DNA of 30,931 bases from an uncultured delta proteobacterium (lineage in GTDB: Bacteria > Desulfobacterota > Binatia > UBA9968). The notes under the pieces were generated by a model, which saw only the letters and a list, made by a program, of their open reading frames with translations, was not told where the DNA came from and made no database searches. Below, piece by piece: positions 30,440 to 30,931 of this stretch. Where the stretch lies: the NCBI GenBank assembly GCA_963760795.1, contig CAVXEP010000026.1:1-30931 (forward strand), read 5' to 3'. The first letter of the stretch is position 1. Each line of letters begins with the position of its first letter. The translations under genes were made by a program, and so were the position numbers.

Positions 30440-30800
30440 TCGTTCTGGATCACAATATTGCTCACGACCAAGCGCAGCGGCTGCGCCACCGCCGCATTCA
30501 CTTTCGCCAAGTCGGTTTCGAAGTCGGGCGACCCGAGTGGGACGATCAACAAGAAATTCTTAGGTATTTGCATGCGACTAAACAGCCAACGTTTTTTACT
30601 CGCGTTTAGGTTTTTATCGCGCGCCGTTGCGCCATGCCAACTATTGTCTGGTGGCGTTAACCGTGCCTGTGATGGAAACTGCCCAGTACATTTCCTAGCT
30701 GCTACGTCACCCTCACTTCAACACCAGAGCCAAGCGCAACGGAAAAGTCATCCGAGTTTCGACGGAGAACATAGCTTTCTGGGAGATGGGACAGACAGAG
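30436..30800 (+). pseudogene. PIN-like (DUF5615/VapC45-type) toxin, disrupted; 3' end uncertain
   Basis: MIVLDHNI...WDDQQEIL...TFFTR[D]LGFY...YCLV; one base missing near 30605 and an in-frame TAG at 30696-30698. Confidence 0.7.
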
Positions 30801-30931
30801 ACGGAGCGCCCTGAATTCATGAGCGCTATTTTCCACGAACGACGAACTCCTCCCCCCATCCGACCTGCAGAAGCCTGGATGTTATCACTCATACCTCTTG
30901 GCCGAATGACTCTATCCGCCGGCACCAGCAC

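Overview
GC-rich bacterial chromosomal window. The gene set and intergenic repeat style suggest a deltaproteobacterial-type lineage such as Candidatus Binatia (inference only). Left third (1-11900): two convergent uptake/catabolic operons. One is a Tat-exported TakP-like TRAP system plus an amidase, divergent from a GlcD-like FAD oxidase. The other is a class V aminotransferase, an uncharacterised 2x[4Fe-4S] protein, an uncharacterised Cys/His-motif protein and a second TRAP system. Middle: lipB-lipA-VOC, an NCS2-like permease, a SurA/PpiD chaperone plus histidine phosphatase, mreBCD-mrdA-rodA, and tlpA-ccdA-folE-pepA-trxA. Right end: a receiver/class III cyclase, a truncated ABC substrate-binding remnant and a DUF433/PIN toxin-antitoxin pair with a broken toxin. 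Several conserved genes carry single-base indels that look like sequencing errors. The most striking item is absent from the ORF track: a stand-alone ~280-nt minus-strand transcription unit (~28155 to 27874). It has a near-consensus promoter, a perfect Shine-Dalgarno (SD), a 15-codon ORF MAAKKKAKKKAKKKK, long-range 5'/3' pairings that form a pseudoknot around the ORF, a competing anti-SD and an intrinsic terminator.
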